The translations under genes and the position numbers were made by a program. This document shows, in pieces, positions 37,101-47,800 of a stretch of 64,000 nucleotides of DNA; within the stretch, counting starts at the first letter, position 1, and the number at the start of each line of letters is the position of its first letter. Under the pieces are notes generated by a model, which saw only the letters and a list, made by a program, of their open reading frames with translations, searched no databases and was not told the DNA's origin. Source of the DNA: Lytechinus pictus. Taxonomy: Eukaryota. The stretch is from NCBI RefSeq assembly GCF_037042905.1, contig NC_087251.1, positions 27,716,001 through 27,780,000 of the forward strand. The letters run 5' to 3'.

Positions 37101-38630
37101 CATCTCAAGCACATTATTTGTTCCCTCCTTTACACCTGAAATATATGGCAGACATGTGCACACAACTCATGCAGTCAGATCAATGGGTGATTCCAAGTTC
37201 AGTGTTGACCTTTTGGTGTTGGTGTTAGGTCAATTTTGACACGATTATAACACCAAAACATAAAATGAAGATGGTCCCGAAAAGTCACTCACTAGTTGTT
37301 GAGATGTCAATAATGTGATCTGGATCAGTTTTACAAACTCTGAATAAGTTTTGGAGCTAGGGGAAGCAATCCCAATTTCAACACCAACAACAAGGCCAAC
37401 ACCGCACTTGAAATCACCCAATGGCACAGATTGCAATATATTAACAAACCTGCATTGATTTTTGCTTTAACCCTTAATTTAAATATAATTGTGCAAAATC
37501 TGTTTGTTAAGCATGTAAGTAACAAATCAAAAGATGAACATATGTACTCTGCCTTTTATTTCAGGGAGCTAAGATTCTGGATAGATCTATTGAGGGACTG
37601 ACGGAGCCAGATCATTTACCCCCTCCACCTCGTCCTTCTTCATCCTCCTACTCAGAGTTTGATAGACTGACGGTAAGTTATGGTCATTTCGTCTGTTGTC
37701 TATCTCTTTTATTTGCCATCATTCTTCTAAATGCATGTCCTTAACTTAACATACTTTTTTGCTCAGAGTTTTTAATACAGAATGTGTGACTAACATTGTT
37801 CAAGGTTTATGCATTCTCTTTGAAAACAAATTTTGCTCTTCACTCCCGGGATTTCTTATTGGTTATTTCACAATTTGATATTGCAATCATTAACAGTTAA
37901 TGCATGATCCCTTTTTTGTTTCATACCATTTATTGTGTTTTGCTTGTAGGAACTTGATAAAGAAAGACAGCGTATTGAGGAGAAATACAATAGGTGAGAT
38001 TAGGTTTATTTACAATGCATTTTGTGTTTGTTTCTTTCTTCCTAGATTTGTTTTATTCTTTGACTATGTTTGTTTTGTTTGTTTGTTTATTTGTATATAT
38101 ATTTGTTTGTCTGTCAATTTGTTTGTGGTTTCTATACATCAGTGCCGGCCGCACAGAAACGTTGTTAGCCTAACAGAACGCTAACAGTAAGCCCAGTCAC
38201 ATCTTTCAGACTATGAACTCAAAACATTTCAATGTGTAAGTAATGCATTGTTGTAACATAAGGCATCGCTGGCGCATTACTTGATGTAACAGGGCCTCTG
38301 TTGGCGCATTGTTAGCGCTAACAATGTTTCTCTGCGGTCGGTACAGGTTGTCAGAAAAACATGCAAATTAAGTGATATACTGAGATCTTATAGGAAATCC
38401 TCAATAAATTTGTGAATTTAATTTGACTAAAGAAAGTCACAATGGTGAACAAAATGTGAGCAACTTGTGATTGATTTGCGATCCAATATTTAATTTTTCT
38501 GTTTTTTTCCTTTAGATATCAGAGTACAGTAGCCCAACTCCATCAGCAGCTAGACGAGTCCAAGAATTTCATAAGTAGTCCACCGTCAAAGAGAGAGCAC
38601 AGTAGATCAGGTAGAGGACACGACCTTTGA
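18999..38630 (+). CDS. CEP128: Centrosomal protein of 128 kDa ortholog, 23 coding exons, ~1045 aa coiled-coil protein (whole-gene span)
   Basis: Exons 18999-19148, 19885-19971, 20873-21016, 21444-21488, 21904-22071, 23216-23341, 24335-24487, 25199-25340, 25856-26013, 26609-26874, 27537-27711, 27927-28046, 28609-28740, 29889-30050, 31552-31611, 33209-33295, 33895-34088, 34580-34802, 36418-36610, 37000-37085, 37565-37672, 37950-37993, 38516-38630 splice GT-AG in phase into one ORF. Peptides such as ERVDTLASSLRDTNRNLQEVGGLLGQYR, PSVRFSQ, SERVEKRLRDL, KCRKLER, KCEKAESE and LADLKSKLHWL match human CEP128 as recalled (EKVNTITSTLQDTSRNLRQVDQMLGRYR, TGVRFVQ, SDRVERRLQEL, KHKKLER, KKEKSEAE, LAESKTKLQWL). 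Confidence 0.92.
19885..19971 (+). CDS. CEP128: CEP128 coding exon 2 (DTNRNLQEV...AIDR)
   Basis: CAG acceptor, GT donor, conserved DTxRNL motif. Confidence 0.92.
20030..20270 (+). mobile_element. Degenerate tRNA-SINE-like fragment
   Basis: Decayed tRNA-like head (GTTGTTAGAGCA...GAGGTTGTGAGT). Confidence 0.3.
20873..21016 (+). CDS. CEP128: CEP128 coding exon 3 (LRANLNQ...SATQT)
   Basis: Polypyrimidine tract plus TAG, donor GTATGA, open frame, SASEL motif. Confidence 0.82.
21444..21488 (+). CDS. CEP128: CEP128 coding exon 4 (RKTRPSVRFSQNADE)
   Basis: CAG/GTGAGA, conserved VRF motif. Confidence 0.85.
21904..22071 (+). CDS. CEP128: CEP128 coding exon 5 (VHEIHRDIRDL...QDSK)
   Basis: CAG/GTATTT, in ORF track 21817-22086. 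Confidence 0.9.
22388..22890. mobile_element. Unclassified repeat beginning with a ~165-bp hairpin
   Basis: Arms 22392-22464 and 22480-22555 around GAGGCGTGAGCCGAG. Confidence 0.6.
23216..23341 (+). CDS. CEP128: CEP128 coding exon 6 (PSERVEKRL...EIRE)
   Basis: CAG/GTATGC, conserved ERVExRL. Confidence 0.9.
23880..24013. mobile_element. Small Harbinger-like MITE (degenerate)
   Basis: ACACAAAGGTTAGCAAT / ATTGCTAAGTTTTGTGT arms, CTG flanks. Confidence 0.5.
24335..24487 (+). CDS. CEP128: CEP128 coding exon 7 (TLLNVSRE...LQQH)
   Basis: AAG acceptor (less certain), donor GTAAGA, conserved EAEK...ELE...LDQS.GS. Confidence 0.85.
25199..25340 (+). CDS. CEP128: CEP128 coding exon 8
   Basis: TAG/GTAATG, ends in phase 1. 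Confidence 0.88.
25856..26013 (+). CDS. CEP128: CEP128 coding exon 9
   Basis: CAG/GTAAGT, phase-compatible, LEREIHSLRAQL. Confidence 0.88.
26168..26328. mobile_element. Palindromic MITE
   Basis: GTTTCATAAAGAGTTACAACTGTTGTAACTTTG and exact reverse complement ending at 26319. Confidence 0.8.
26609..26874 (+). CDS. CEP128: CEP128 coding exon 10
   Basis: TAG/GTGAGT, coiled-coil sequence, ends in phase 2. Confidence 0.9.
26916..27178. mobile_element. Harbinger-like MITE, CWG-type flanks
   Basis: CAGGGCCCTGTCTTACAAAGAGTT ... AACTCTTTGTAAGATGGGGCCCTG. Confidence 0.8.
27537..27711 (+). CDS. CEP128: CEP128 coding exon 11
   Basis: Poly-T plus TAG, donor GTATGG, KCRKLER...ENLQREIADIL. Confidence 0.9.
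27927..28046 (+). CDS. CEP128: CEP128 coding exon 12
   Basis: TAG/GTCAGT, EKLARQDEQLRLKD. Confidence 0.88.
28609..28740 (+). CDS. CEP128: CEP128 coding exon 13
   Basis: CAG/GTGACC, LEGEL...EKLKVE. Confidence 0.86.
28840..29370. mobile_element. Tc1/mariner-type MITE
   Basis: TA|CAGTGCGTCACAGAAAAAAAGAAACCA ... TGGTTTTCTTTTTTGTGGGACGCACT. Confidence 0.75.
29889..30050 (+). CDS. CEP128: CEP128 coding exon 14
   Basis: CAG/GTATGG, RELRDITKQNAELT. Confidence 0.87.
31552..31611 (+). CDS. CEP128: CEP128 coding exon 15 (VQDFNAALTEKLHTEMETSK)
   Basis: TAG/GTAATA, 60 nt, phase 0/0; weaker homology support. Confidence 0.7.
31819..32794. mobile_element. Tc1/mariner-type non-autonomous transposon
   Basis: TIR CAGTGCGTATCAAAAAAAAGTTTACA at both ends, TA TSD. 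Confidence 0.88.
33209..33295 (+). CDS. CEP128: CEP128 coding exon 16
   Basis: CAG/GTAAGC, DLMRKMKCEKAESEAAIQALK. Confidence 0.9.
33895..34088 (+). CDS. CEP128: CEP128 coding exon 17
   Basis: TAG/GTTGGT, IES...ENLKLR, ends in phase 2. Confidence 0.88.
34580..34802 (+). CDS. CEP128: CEP128 coding exon 18 (contains D9 tract)
   Basis: CAG/GTAACA, phase-compatible, GVVREVD...PDALLADLK. Confidence 0.88.
35052..35644. mobile_element. TTAA-target MITE (Kolobok-like), second family
   Basis: TTAA|AGGGGAATCCA ... TGGATTCCCCT|TTAA. Confidence 0.85.
36418..36610 (+). CDS. CEP128: CEP128 coding exon 19
   Basis: CAG/GTAAAG, SKLHWLQQEV. Confidence 0.9.
37000..37085 (+). CDS. CEP128: CEP128 coding exon 20
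   Basis: Poly-T CAG/GTGAGG, phase-compatible. Confidence 0.85.
37565..37672 (+). CDS. CEP128: CEP128 coding exon 21
   Basis: CAG/GTAAGT, open frame. Confidence 0.82.
37950..37993 (+). CDS. CEP128: CEP128 coding exon 22 (ELDKERQRIEEKYNR)
   Basis: TAG/GTGAGA, ends in phase 2. Confidence 0.82.
38142..38344. mobile_element. Small palindromic MITE
   Basis: CCGGCCGCACAGAAACGTTGTTAGC / GCTAACAATGTTTCTCTGCGGTCGG. Confidence 0.65.
38516..38630 (+). CDS. CEP128: CEP128 terminal coding exon (YQSTVAQL...GHDL*)
   Basis: TAG acceptor, phase-compatible, TGA at 38628-38630. Confidence 0.8.
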
Positions 38631-38679
38631 CACTAGTTCTTAGAAAATAGTGTTTTGGGTAAGAGGTACATGTTGTCAA

Positions 38680-38876
38680 GGTGACACAATATTTATTCCT
38701 GCGACAATTGCTCTGGGCTTTATTTCGTCTAAGATATAAGTTTAGGGTTTTAAACTAAGTTTAAGGTTAGGTTTAGGATAGGGTATAGAGTTAAATCTAG
38801 GTTTGGATTTGGTCATTCCATTAGTGTGTGGAATTTGTGGCGGAGCAATTGTCGCCAGAACAAATGTCATGGAACC
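38680..38876. mobile_element. MITE with 8-bp TSD and TTAGGG-like interior, in the CEP128 3' UTR
   Basis: GTTGTCAA at 38672-38679 and 38877-38884; GG...CC ends; GCGACAATTGCTC / GAGCAATTGTCGC. Confidence 0.8.
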
Positions 38877-41298
38877 GTTGTCAAGGATTTAAATACAAGA
38901 TATTTAAAAGAGTAACAATGTAAATGAAAAATGTGATATTCACTTGAAAAATTACCTGCCATTTTGATGAACTTGTGTGATGAATCATAATATTTATCCA
39001 TTATGTGTATCTGAAATTTTTTTTTTTTTACATGTAACTCAGGGTTGCCATATGTCAGGCATAAGCATGAATTTAAGCCCTTGCAACTTTATTTTCAGGC
39101 TATAAGAAATTCCTCTTTTTGTCTATACAAGCCCTTTCTAGATAGTCATTTGTAATTTAAAAACAGCTACTGGTACACGACACACTTATTTCGACTGGTC
39201 TCTGACTTCAGCAACAGGTAAATGACATTTGTATCTATGTTGAAGTACCAGTTTCAAACAACAAAAGTAATGAAAATATATCTTACAGTGATAATAATGC
39301 AGTTCATTGTTTCTCTATGCAGAATACAATTTTTTTTCAATTTGTAAGAATGATTTTTTTTGTATGGTTTTTCAAAATAAAAATAAAAAATAGGATGGCT
39401 TTAGAAGAAATAAAAGGATTTAAACAAAGAAATGACTCTCCCCAATCTAAGAGATGCATGGTCTGTTAGCCCAGTATTAATATCATTTTCTATCATGCTT
39501 AAATGAGCGTAAAAACATGCACAAAATGATGGAAGAAGATTTCTATACGAAAATCAAAACAGACAAAACAAATTCAGGGAATTATAAAAAGTCCTACTAG
39601 AGGACCACATATTAATTCACCATTGCGAAGACTTAGAAATGTTCCCCATCACATGAATGTTGAGTTATGTTTCCTTATTTTTATTTTTATTTTTTTTGGG
39701 GGGTTGTTGCTTATTGTTTGAGGAGAACCTTTGTTTTTATGCAATATCATACATATCTATACAATTTTTTTTTTCTAGGTCTGTGATTTTTCATATGTTG
39801 TTTTTTCTCATATGACAGTAAAGCAACATGAAACTTTATTTTGTCTCTCTGTCATTTTCTCATTGATTTTGTTTGTAAATTGAGCAGCAGGCAATATTTG
39901 AAAAAAATCCAGTTTGAGAAGCAGCCAGTCCACTGTCCTTGAACAATACTTCATGCTATGTAAGATAGACCTTATTTTTATAGATGGGGGATATTTTGGC
40001 TTTGTGCTTTTTATGATGATAAGTAAACCAAATATTCATATGCAGTACATAATGCATTGTTTGAATCAATGAATTAATCTGCATAAAAGAATACGATTGT
40101 GCTGCAATCAAAATTTCTGGGTTCATGTAATTTTGTTTCTAACCCGTTTTAGATCGAGCCCATATATGTGAATGCTTGAATCTATGAAAAACATCTGTTA
40201 CAGCATACTAAGTCATTCACCAACTTCATTCCTTCAGTTATGAAATATGCTGCTGACAAAATGACTATCCAGCGTGGTATTGTACTAAGAAAGATATCAC
40301 CTGTTTGTAAATTTTGTGTGATTTAAGTTTAGTTTTGATTGTTCAGTTATCATAATGCTGACCCTACTTATGAAGGATCTACGCATTTTATGTTGATACA
40401 GCCTAATTCTTAAATAGAAAAGTAACAAATCTTCCCTGCATTATTTATTTGATCCATCACTTCTCCCTATCATTTGATTTTATTTTTTCAATCCCTCTTT
40501 TAAACATTTTATCTCGTGAATCGTGTAAGGAAATAGAGACCTTACCTCATATGTCTGCTATTGATGAGAAGCATTGTGACAATCCACTAATTATGCTTTA
40601 ATGTATCTTTCTTTAAACAAAAGTTACTAGAATACTGAAATATGATATTTTATCAATTTTTTTCTTTTTTGTATTTGGATATATCCTAGGATTTCATGAT
40701 CACACCTTAAATGGAAAGAAGCTGCCGATATTTTCACATCTTTATGTCTTATGAGAATGTGAAAGTCGTAACATTTGTCTTTCATAAGTAAACACTTTTT
40801 TAACAAAGAAACAACACAGAATTAATTTCCATCACCTACCTGTAATCTTAAGTAACATGCCATATAACATTGATCATTTGATTTAACCTTCTCTCTCGCT
40901 AAGTTGAATCTTGATGAGAGTGTTAAATGGCTACTGTAACTGTTACAAATGGAATAGCCATCCACTTGACATGGTGTAGTTGTTTATTTTCATTTTGAAT
41001 GCTGGAATTTGAGAATACATCACCAATTAATAATTGTTTGTTTATTGGGGGCAACTTTAGTTAATCCTTGTCATCTAAAAAAAAGTCTTTAAATCTCTCA
41101 ACACCTCAGCAACCAATATAAAAATAGTGAGTCATATGAATGAATATAAGGCAAAGCTGTACATTCTTAATCCTTTGTCAAGTCTTCCAGCCACTCATGA
41201 TAATTTTTAATCAATAAAGAATAAATTTATATCAGTGGGAATTAGAATTGCAATGTTAGCAATGCAGTAGAATATAAATGTGATACTTTGATGCTTAA

Positions 41299-41895
41299 AG
41301 GTCAAGTCCACCCCAGAATAAAAAAGTTGATTTGAATCAATAGAGAAAAATCAAACGAGCATAGCACTGAAAATTCATCAAAATTTGCTATAAAATGAGA
41401 AAGTTATGACATTTTAAAGTTTCGCTTATTTTTCAGAAAAAAGTTATATGCACAACCCAATGACATGCAAATGAGAAAGTCATTGATGTCCCTCAATCTT
41501 TTGTTTTTTATTGTTCAAAATATACAATATTTCAATTTTTACAGATTTGACAATAAGACCAACTTGACTAAACCATAAAATGTTAAGACAATGGTTATTC
41601 TACATGTTCAGGGAGAAACGAAACTTTGTTTCACAGGACAATGCAGAGAAAATTTGAATGTTTCATATAATGATATACAAAAGTAATAGTGAGTTAGGGA
41701 TGTCATCAGTCTCCTCATTTGCATACAGACCAGGATGTGCATATAACTGTTTTGTGAAATTAAGCCAGACTTATTTTACATCTGATTTTGATGAAACTTA
41801 TTTTACATCCACTTTTGATGAAATTTTCAGTGTTATGCTTGTTGGATTTTTCTCTTTTTATTCAAATCAGCTCTTTGTAGGGGTGGACTTGTACT
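41299..41895. mobile_element. TTAA-target MITE (Kolobok-like), copy 3
   Basis: TTAA|AGGTCAAGTCCACCCC ... GGGGTGGACTTGTACT|TTAA; homologous to 9777-10378. Confidence 0.88.
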
Positions 41896-44384
41896 TTAAG
41901 AAAAAATCAAATGTTTTTACATGTACAGTGTACTTTTTGATTGGTGTAAAATAAAAAGCAATAACTCGCCATTGACAAATGATATAGCAAAGCCCATGGC
42001 ACATATTTGCAATCAAACTTCCCAGATATCATATTCCAAACTCCACATAATATACCATTTGATGATGGTATGTTTATTTCTTCCAAATTAGAAATAAATA
42101 CTATTGTAGGACATGGGAACAGTATCTTGTACAATTTGCAACATCAGTGTAGTAAATTGAAAAAAATCAGCCAGTGAATTTTATGGAATACATTTTGAAT
42201 CTCATAAGTGCTTCCAAAGTATAAACATCTGCTATCACCAGTATTTGTTCATTATCTTATACCATTTTTATACCACCGAACTATGCAGTAATACTAGTAA
42301 TTGATGTTTGAATTTTTTATGATATCAATTTAGGTACATACAGTTTATTGATACTGTATTTTTTGTAATATATTGTTATATAATTGTACAAGTATTTAAT
42401 ATTTGAGGTATTGCAAATCTTGAAATGTGTGTGTTTGTGATTACACGTGCAGTCAACAGTCTTGTGTCTGACTTCATTATTTGCAATGATTTCATTGAGG
42501 AGTTGTAAATTATAGTAAATTATTGTAAATTAGGGAAAATTATCTTGCCAAATCACATGAATTCAGTAGACAATGGTAGGTCTTCCAATAAACTTGTTCC
42601 ATGGAAACAGTTCATGTTAGTCCGTTATGACACTATTGCAAGAAATTTTTGATAAAATTCAAGTGACTTTAAAGCCGCTTAATTAATAATTAGTCTCACA
42701 TTTGCATAATTGTAAGTGATTCTTGACCTACTTTTTGCAAGTGAATATATGGATTGATTAGCTGTAGCTCAAGTTGATCTGTCAATGCAAATTTGCAGTC
42801 AAAATTTTGACTCTATCATATTGAAGTTTCTTGAAACGCCTCTCAAAAGGGACGGGGGGAAGGGAAATAATTTGTTTCTATTTGATTTTGAAGTGTAATC
42901 CTTTTTTTCTCTCTGTTTTATATATTCTTTTTATCTCTCTACAAGTATTGTGAGGTGAATGAATGCTGCAATGCCTGTTTTAATTCATGATTTTAAATAT
43001 TTTCATCATGCAATATTGTAGTCAATCATAAGAAATCCTAACTATTTTGTCAATCAAAATCATTCATTATATATTGGCAATCAAGTTTTCTTTATTATTA
43101 TTATCTAATTCTGATATTGCATACTGAATCACTCATATTATGGATGGTTCATTCGTGCTGTATGACTATTTGTTTCATACAACTTATGCAAAAGGACATG
43201 GAATGATTTGTATTTGTATTCATATTTTCCCCTTCATTTATGCCAATATTTTGACTGTTTGTATTGTATCAATCTTGTGTGTGCTATCGCTTAAAGTTCA
43301 TGAATGAACTTCCAATTTTATAGGATATAACTGTATTTTTAATGTAATCTGTAAAGATTAGATGGTGATTGGGCATTTACTACAGGATTGAATCAATTGT
43401 ATCGTCTATCATTCATTTTAGTAATGTTTAGTTTGGGTATTAACTTTTAAACAGTATTTCATCTTGCAATCTTTTTATTTGGATGTGTGTGCTCTCTCAA
43501 CTTTTTTTTTCTGACATACCATGATATGTAATGAAATGGTATTTTTAATTTACAATTCCAATTTATGGATTTTCATCACATGGAATTTCTACGATAACCT
43601 CTTCCTTTTTTTCTCTCAAACTTGAAGACCTTCAATTTGATGTGACTTGATTTGTTGTTTGTTCATTCTACCATTCATCAATATGGGATATAAAAAAGAA
43701 ATGAGAGTACCATTACTTTGAATTAAAAACTTAAATTTTGGGGGGTGTATGTGAGATTTATTTTTCTATCCATGTTTTTCATTATATGAATTGAAAGAGG
43801 CTAATTATATGGAGTAATAAGAAACTCATTAGTTAGGAACCGTATGGTTCAATGAATCATTTTTAAATGAATGTAATTATTAAGACTGCTGAATTTTGAG
43901 CTAGACTTTACACTGCACAATATGATGTCAGAAGGTACACAGAGTCTTCGTAAAGCAAATGACTACCTTTTGTTTCTTTTCGACATAACTTCAAAATGTG
44001 AAAGTGTAGAATTTGAAGCATTTCTCTGCCGTCCCTGTCTATGCAGAGATAAGATTATTGCATACCTTTATTTAACTGCAGTGTTGAGTCAGAGACATTC
44101 TCTGAGACTTAGTTGAGACAATGGTCCCTGAGACAGAAACTCTCGGATCTGGAATCATTGGACACCGAGACAGAGACTGAAACACTATTACTCAAGACAC
44201 TTTAACCCAGATATTTCTTCACAGTGCCACATTTCTTTTAATGTCCTCATACACTTGTTTGCAATGACAGATTACTAGAACTGTTCAAAAGTTCATTCTT
44301 GATTCATCAAAGCGGTGTAATCATTCATTCCAAATTGAACTCGTTTTCACTGTCTTACTGGTGTGTGGAGACACAGACTAGGAC

Positions 44385-44855
44385 CAAGACATTGGCATCC
44401 GGACTGAGACGAGACACACAATCATTGTCTTAAGACCATCTCGAGACTTTGGGAACAAGACTGAGACACACAATCAGTCTTAAGACCATCTAATACAACA
44501 ATATCTACGACTTAAATGAGACACACAATTTCTGTCACAAGACATTAGAATCCAAGACTGAGATGAGACACACAGTCACTGTTTCAAGACAATCTCAAGA
44601 CATTAGCATCCAAGATTTAGATGCGACAAACAATCGCTGTCTTAAGACATTAGTGAACAAGACTGAGATGAGACACACAATCAGTCTTAAGATCATCTAA
44701 TATATTAACATAGAACGACTGAGATGAGACACACAATCACTGTCTCAGGATAATCTCAAGACATTAGAGTCCATCTTTGAGATGGGACGTACAATCACTG
44801 TCTCATGACCATCTGAAGACAGAGCCCCAAATCTGAATGAGACACACAGTCACTG
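44385..44855. repeat. Degenerate minisatellite, ~46-57 bp unit, about 9 copies
   Basis: Recurrent GACTGAGATGAGACACACAATCACTGTCTYAAGAC. Confidence 0.8.
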
Positions 44856-47800
44856 TGTAAACATTGATTAAAGCTTCAAAGGTATTTTAATTGCATTTAA
44901 TGTGTGTGTGGCCATTCTCGCCATCATGTACATACTTATTATTATGTTATCTATTGAGGGATGCTTAGTTCATCTCTGTGAAAATATTTTTGTAATATAT
45001 TTCAAGTTTGTAAATAATCTTTGAGAGATGTTTGAGTTATAAATACTTTGGTTTTCAGAATATATCTCTATTTATTTTGTACATTTCTAACAAGATTGTA
45101 TATACGTATTTGTTTTATACTATTCATTTGACTATCTGGTAGTTCATTGCTTTGTAATGGGCCTCTGTGACTTGTTTTTCCTTTCTGAATATCTTTCATT
45201 TTCAGAAACTATCATTTCATAATTTGTGAATTTTTATTTCTATCTTAAATTTGATGTTGATTTGATTGCATGAATTGAATGGACATATCAAAAGTTATTC
45301 AAATTCATGTTGAATACATCAGTAATTTTTATCACTCACTTCTATGAGGACTATTATTGTCGATCACATTTTTCATAAAAGATTTTATATGACATTACCC
45401 TTATAAAGAAAATAAGACACACATGATGTATTCATGAAATAAAAGAAACTATATTTCATTTTGTATGAAGTAGAATGCACCATCATTCTTTAATTTTCTG
45501 AAATTAGTGTGAAACAAAATGTACCTATCTCCCCTGACATTTTGCTAAGTGGAAGTTAGAGAAATGAAATGTCCCTATGTGACAAGTTCAAGGATAAATA
45601 ATATGCTATGAACTTTTTTAAGTGTACAATACTAAAATTTAATACATTTTCATTTCATTGAAAAAATAAGAATTATTATGCACATCACTATAGGTAGAAT
45701 ACTTGCAAAGTTGTGTATGCAATAATATTTTTAAACTGAGATTTATATCCTATAATTGAAATGTCAACTTGTGTACATTTGACAATATCTGATGTAATAT
45801 TGGCCTCATTCTCTATTGTGTGAAAATATAAATATTTGAAAGTACAATAAGTATTGTGATGTGATATTTATTTATGAAGTTTGTATCAAAGCCGATTTTA
45901 TTTCCTTGTCTTTACGACCCCGCACCCCCTCTCCCCTCTCTTACTCATACGTTTGCACTCTTACTCACTCTATCCTAATCTTTCCCCTCTCTATCTTCCA
46001 ATTCCACAGCACAAAGAGTCAGGATGAACTTTGTCCATATTATTCTTGAATTTATGTACATTTTGTAAGTCTACAGTTAAGCGCAGTGATCCCATTAGGT
46101 CTGTAAGATTACATTTTTTTTTACTTCGCCTTTTTAATGAAAGACTGAAATGCGTTTAAGAGATATTTTCAGTATATTTTGAAATTCTCCGTTTATCCGC
46201 TATTCTCCATCTGCTTTTGTCTCTCTGCCATCTTCATCCACATCTCGTTCCACACACATTCGGCATATTCTCGTTCCTGAATCCTCAATCTCCTTTGCAT
46301 TCATCTCCTCATCTGTTTTAAGTTTAAAACTGTCTTCTCCACCGCCTTAAGATTCATTTTTCAGCTCTTCTGCCTTCCTCCCCCCTTCATCCATGTCTTC
46401 CTCCTCTGACGTCCTCTCTCCCTTCCTCTCTTTTCATCTGTCTTCATCTCCTCTGCCTCTATCCCTCTCCTCTTCCATCTTCAGCCTTTAGCTCATCATC
46501 TGCCAAATCCCTTCCTTTATCCCCTTTTCAAGCCCCTCCCTCTCTGCTTTCCCCTCACCTTTCTTTATCTGTTTTTTTTAGCTCCTCTTTCCCCTCTGTT
46601 CCTTCTGCCTTCCTCTCTTTTTTCTGCTTTCCTCGTCTGCTCCAAAGTCCTCCTTCGTCTCTTCCTTCATCTCGGACTTCAGCTATTCTCCTTTGCCCTA
46701 TTTGTCTTCCTTTCCTTTACCTTCTCCCTTGTTCTTTGTCTTCTCTACATGTATTCCCTCTGTATTTAGCTCCTCCTTCGTCGCCAGAGTTCCTCTGCCC
46801 TTCTCGGTTCTACTTAATTTCTTCCCTTTTCTGTTTTCATCCCATTCTCCCATTCCTCCTCTGTCTCCATCTCCTCTGCTTTGAATAACCAGATTGTATA
46901 TACCTTCATCTTCCTTCATCTCCTATGTTTTTCATCTTCTTTTGCTCAGCCTTCAGATTCTTCGTTACTGCAATCATTCCATCGTCAGCTCAATGTCCAT
47001 TTTAGCTACTCATTTGTCATCATCTACCCTCATTTGTCTTTCCTTTCTTTACTTCCATCACCTCGGCATTCACCTCCTCTATTGCCATCTTCATCTCACC
47101 TGCTTTCACTACTGTTCACCTCTGTTTCAATTCTCCCTCTGCACTCACCCCTATCTTTGTATTCTAATTCCAACTGTATACCACATCTCTTCCTTTATTT
47201 ATTACACTTTTTTTAGTTTGTCCAACCAAACATTGGCTTTTAGAATATAGGCCGACAACACATAACACAATATATCGAGAGTAAATAGTAATGACATAAC
47301 CCTACCTTCAATCGCACCGTTGTCAATGACCCCACCCCTTCGTTTCGTAAAAGACGTACCGTGTTTCATGGTAGAAGTTTGTTGTAAGATTGTTGTAACT
47401 CAGATCAGAACAGAGGCAAGCACCGAAATTCGTTTCAGGGGCATACTTAAAAGTGATGCGAGTGTAACATTGTAACCAAGCGGATCTGAAGCGCGCAATT
47501 AAAATGACATCACAATGTGTGCACTTCACACGTCCCTCCGTACGTCACAACTGAAACATTTTGTAAAGTTTTTGTTCAGAGCGGGCGGAAACGACGGTCT
47601 TCTGTTCCTTAATATTTTGGCCTCCAGCTCGACCTCTCCCACCAATCCCTCCTCTACCGTCTCCATCTAACCTTCATCTCATTCGGTGGCTTCAGATCCA
47701 ATCTTATTCTCAATTCATCATTTTGTCGTCTCGTCTGGTTTCATCCCCGCCGCCTTCATTCACTCTTCCTTCTTGCCAACCACCTTCTCGTCCTTCACTT

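Noticed and set aside
44385..44855. CRISPR array
   Set aside because: Eukaryotic context, degenerate repeats, related spacers, no cas genes.
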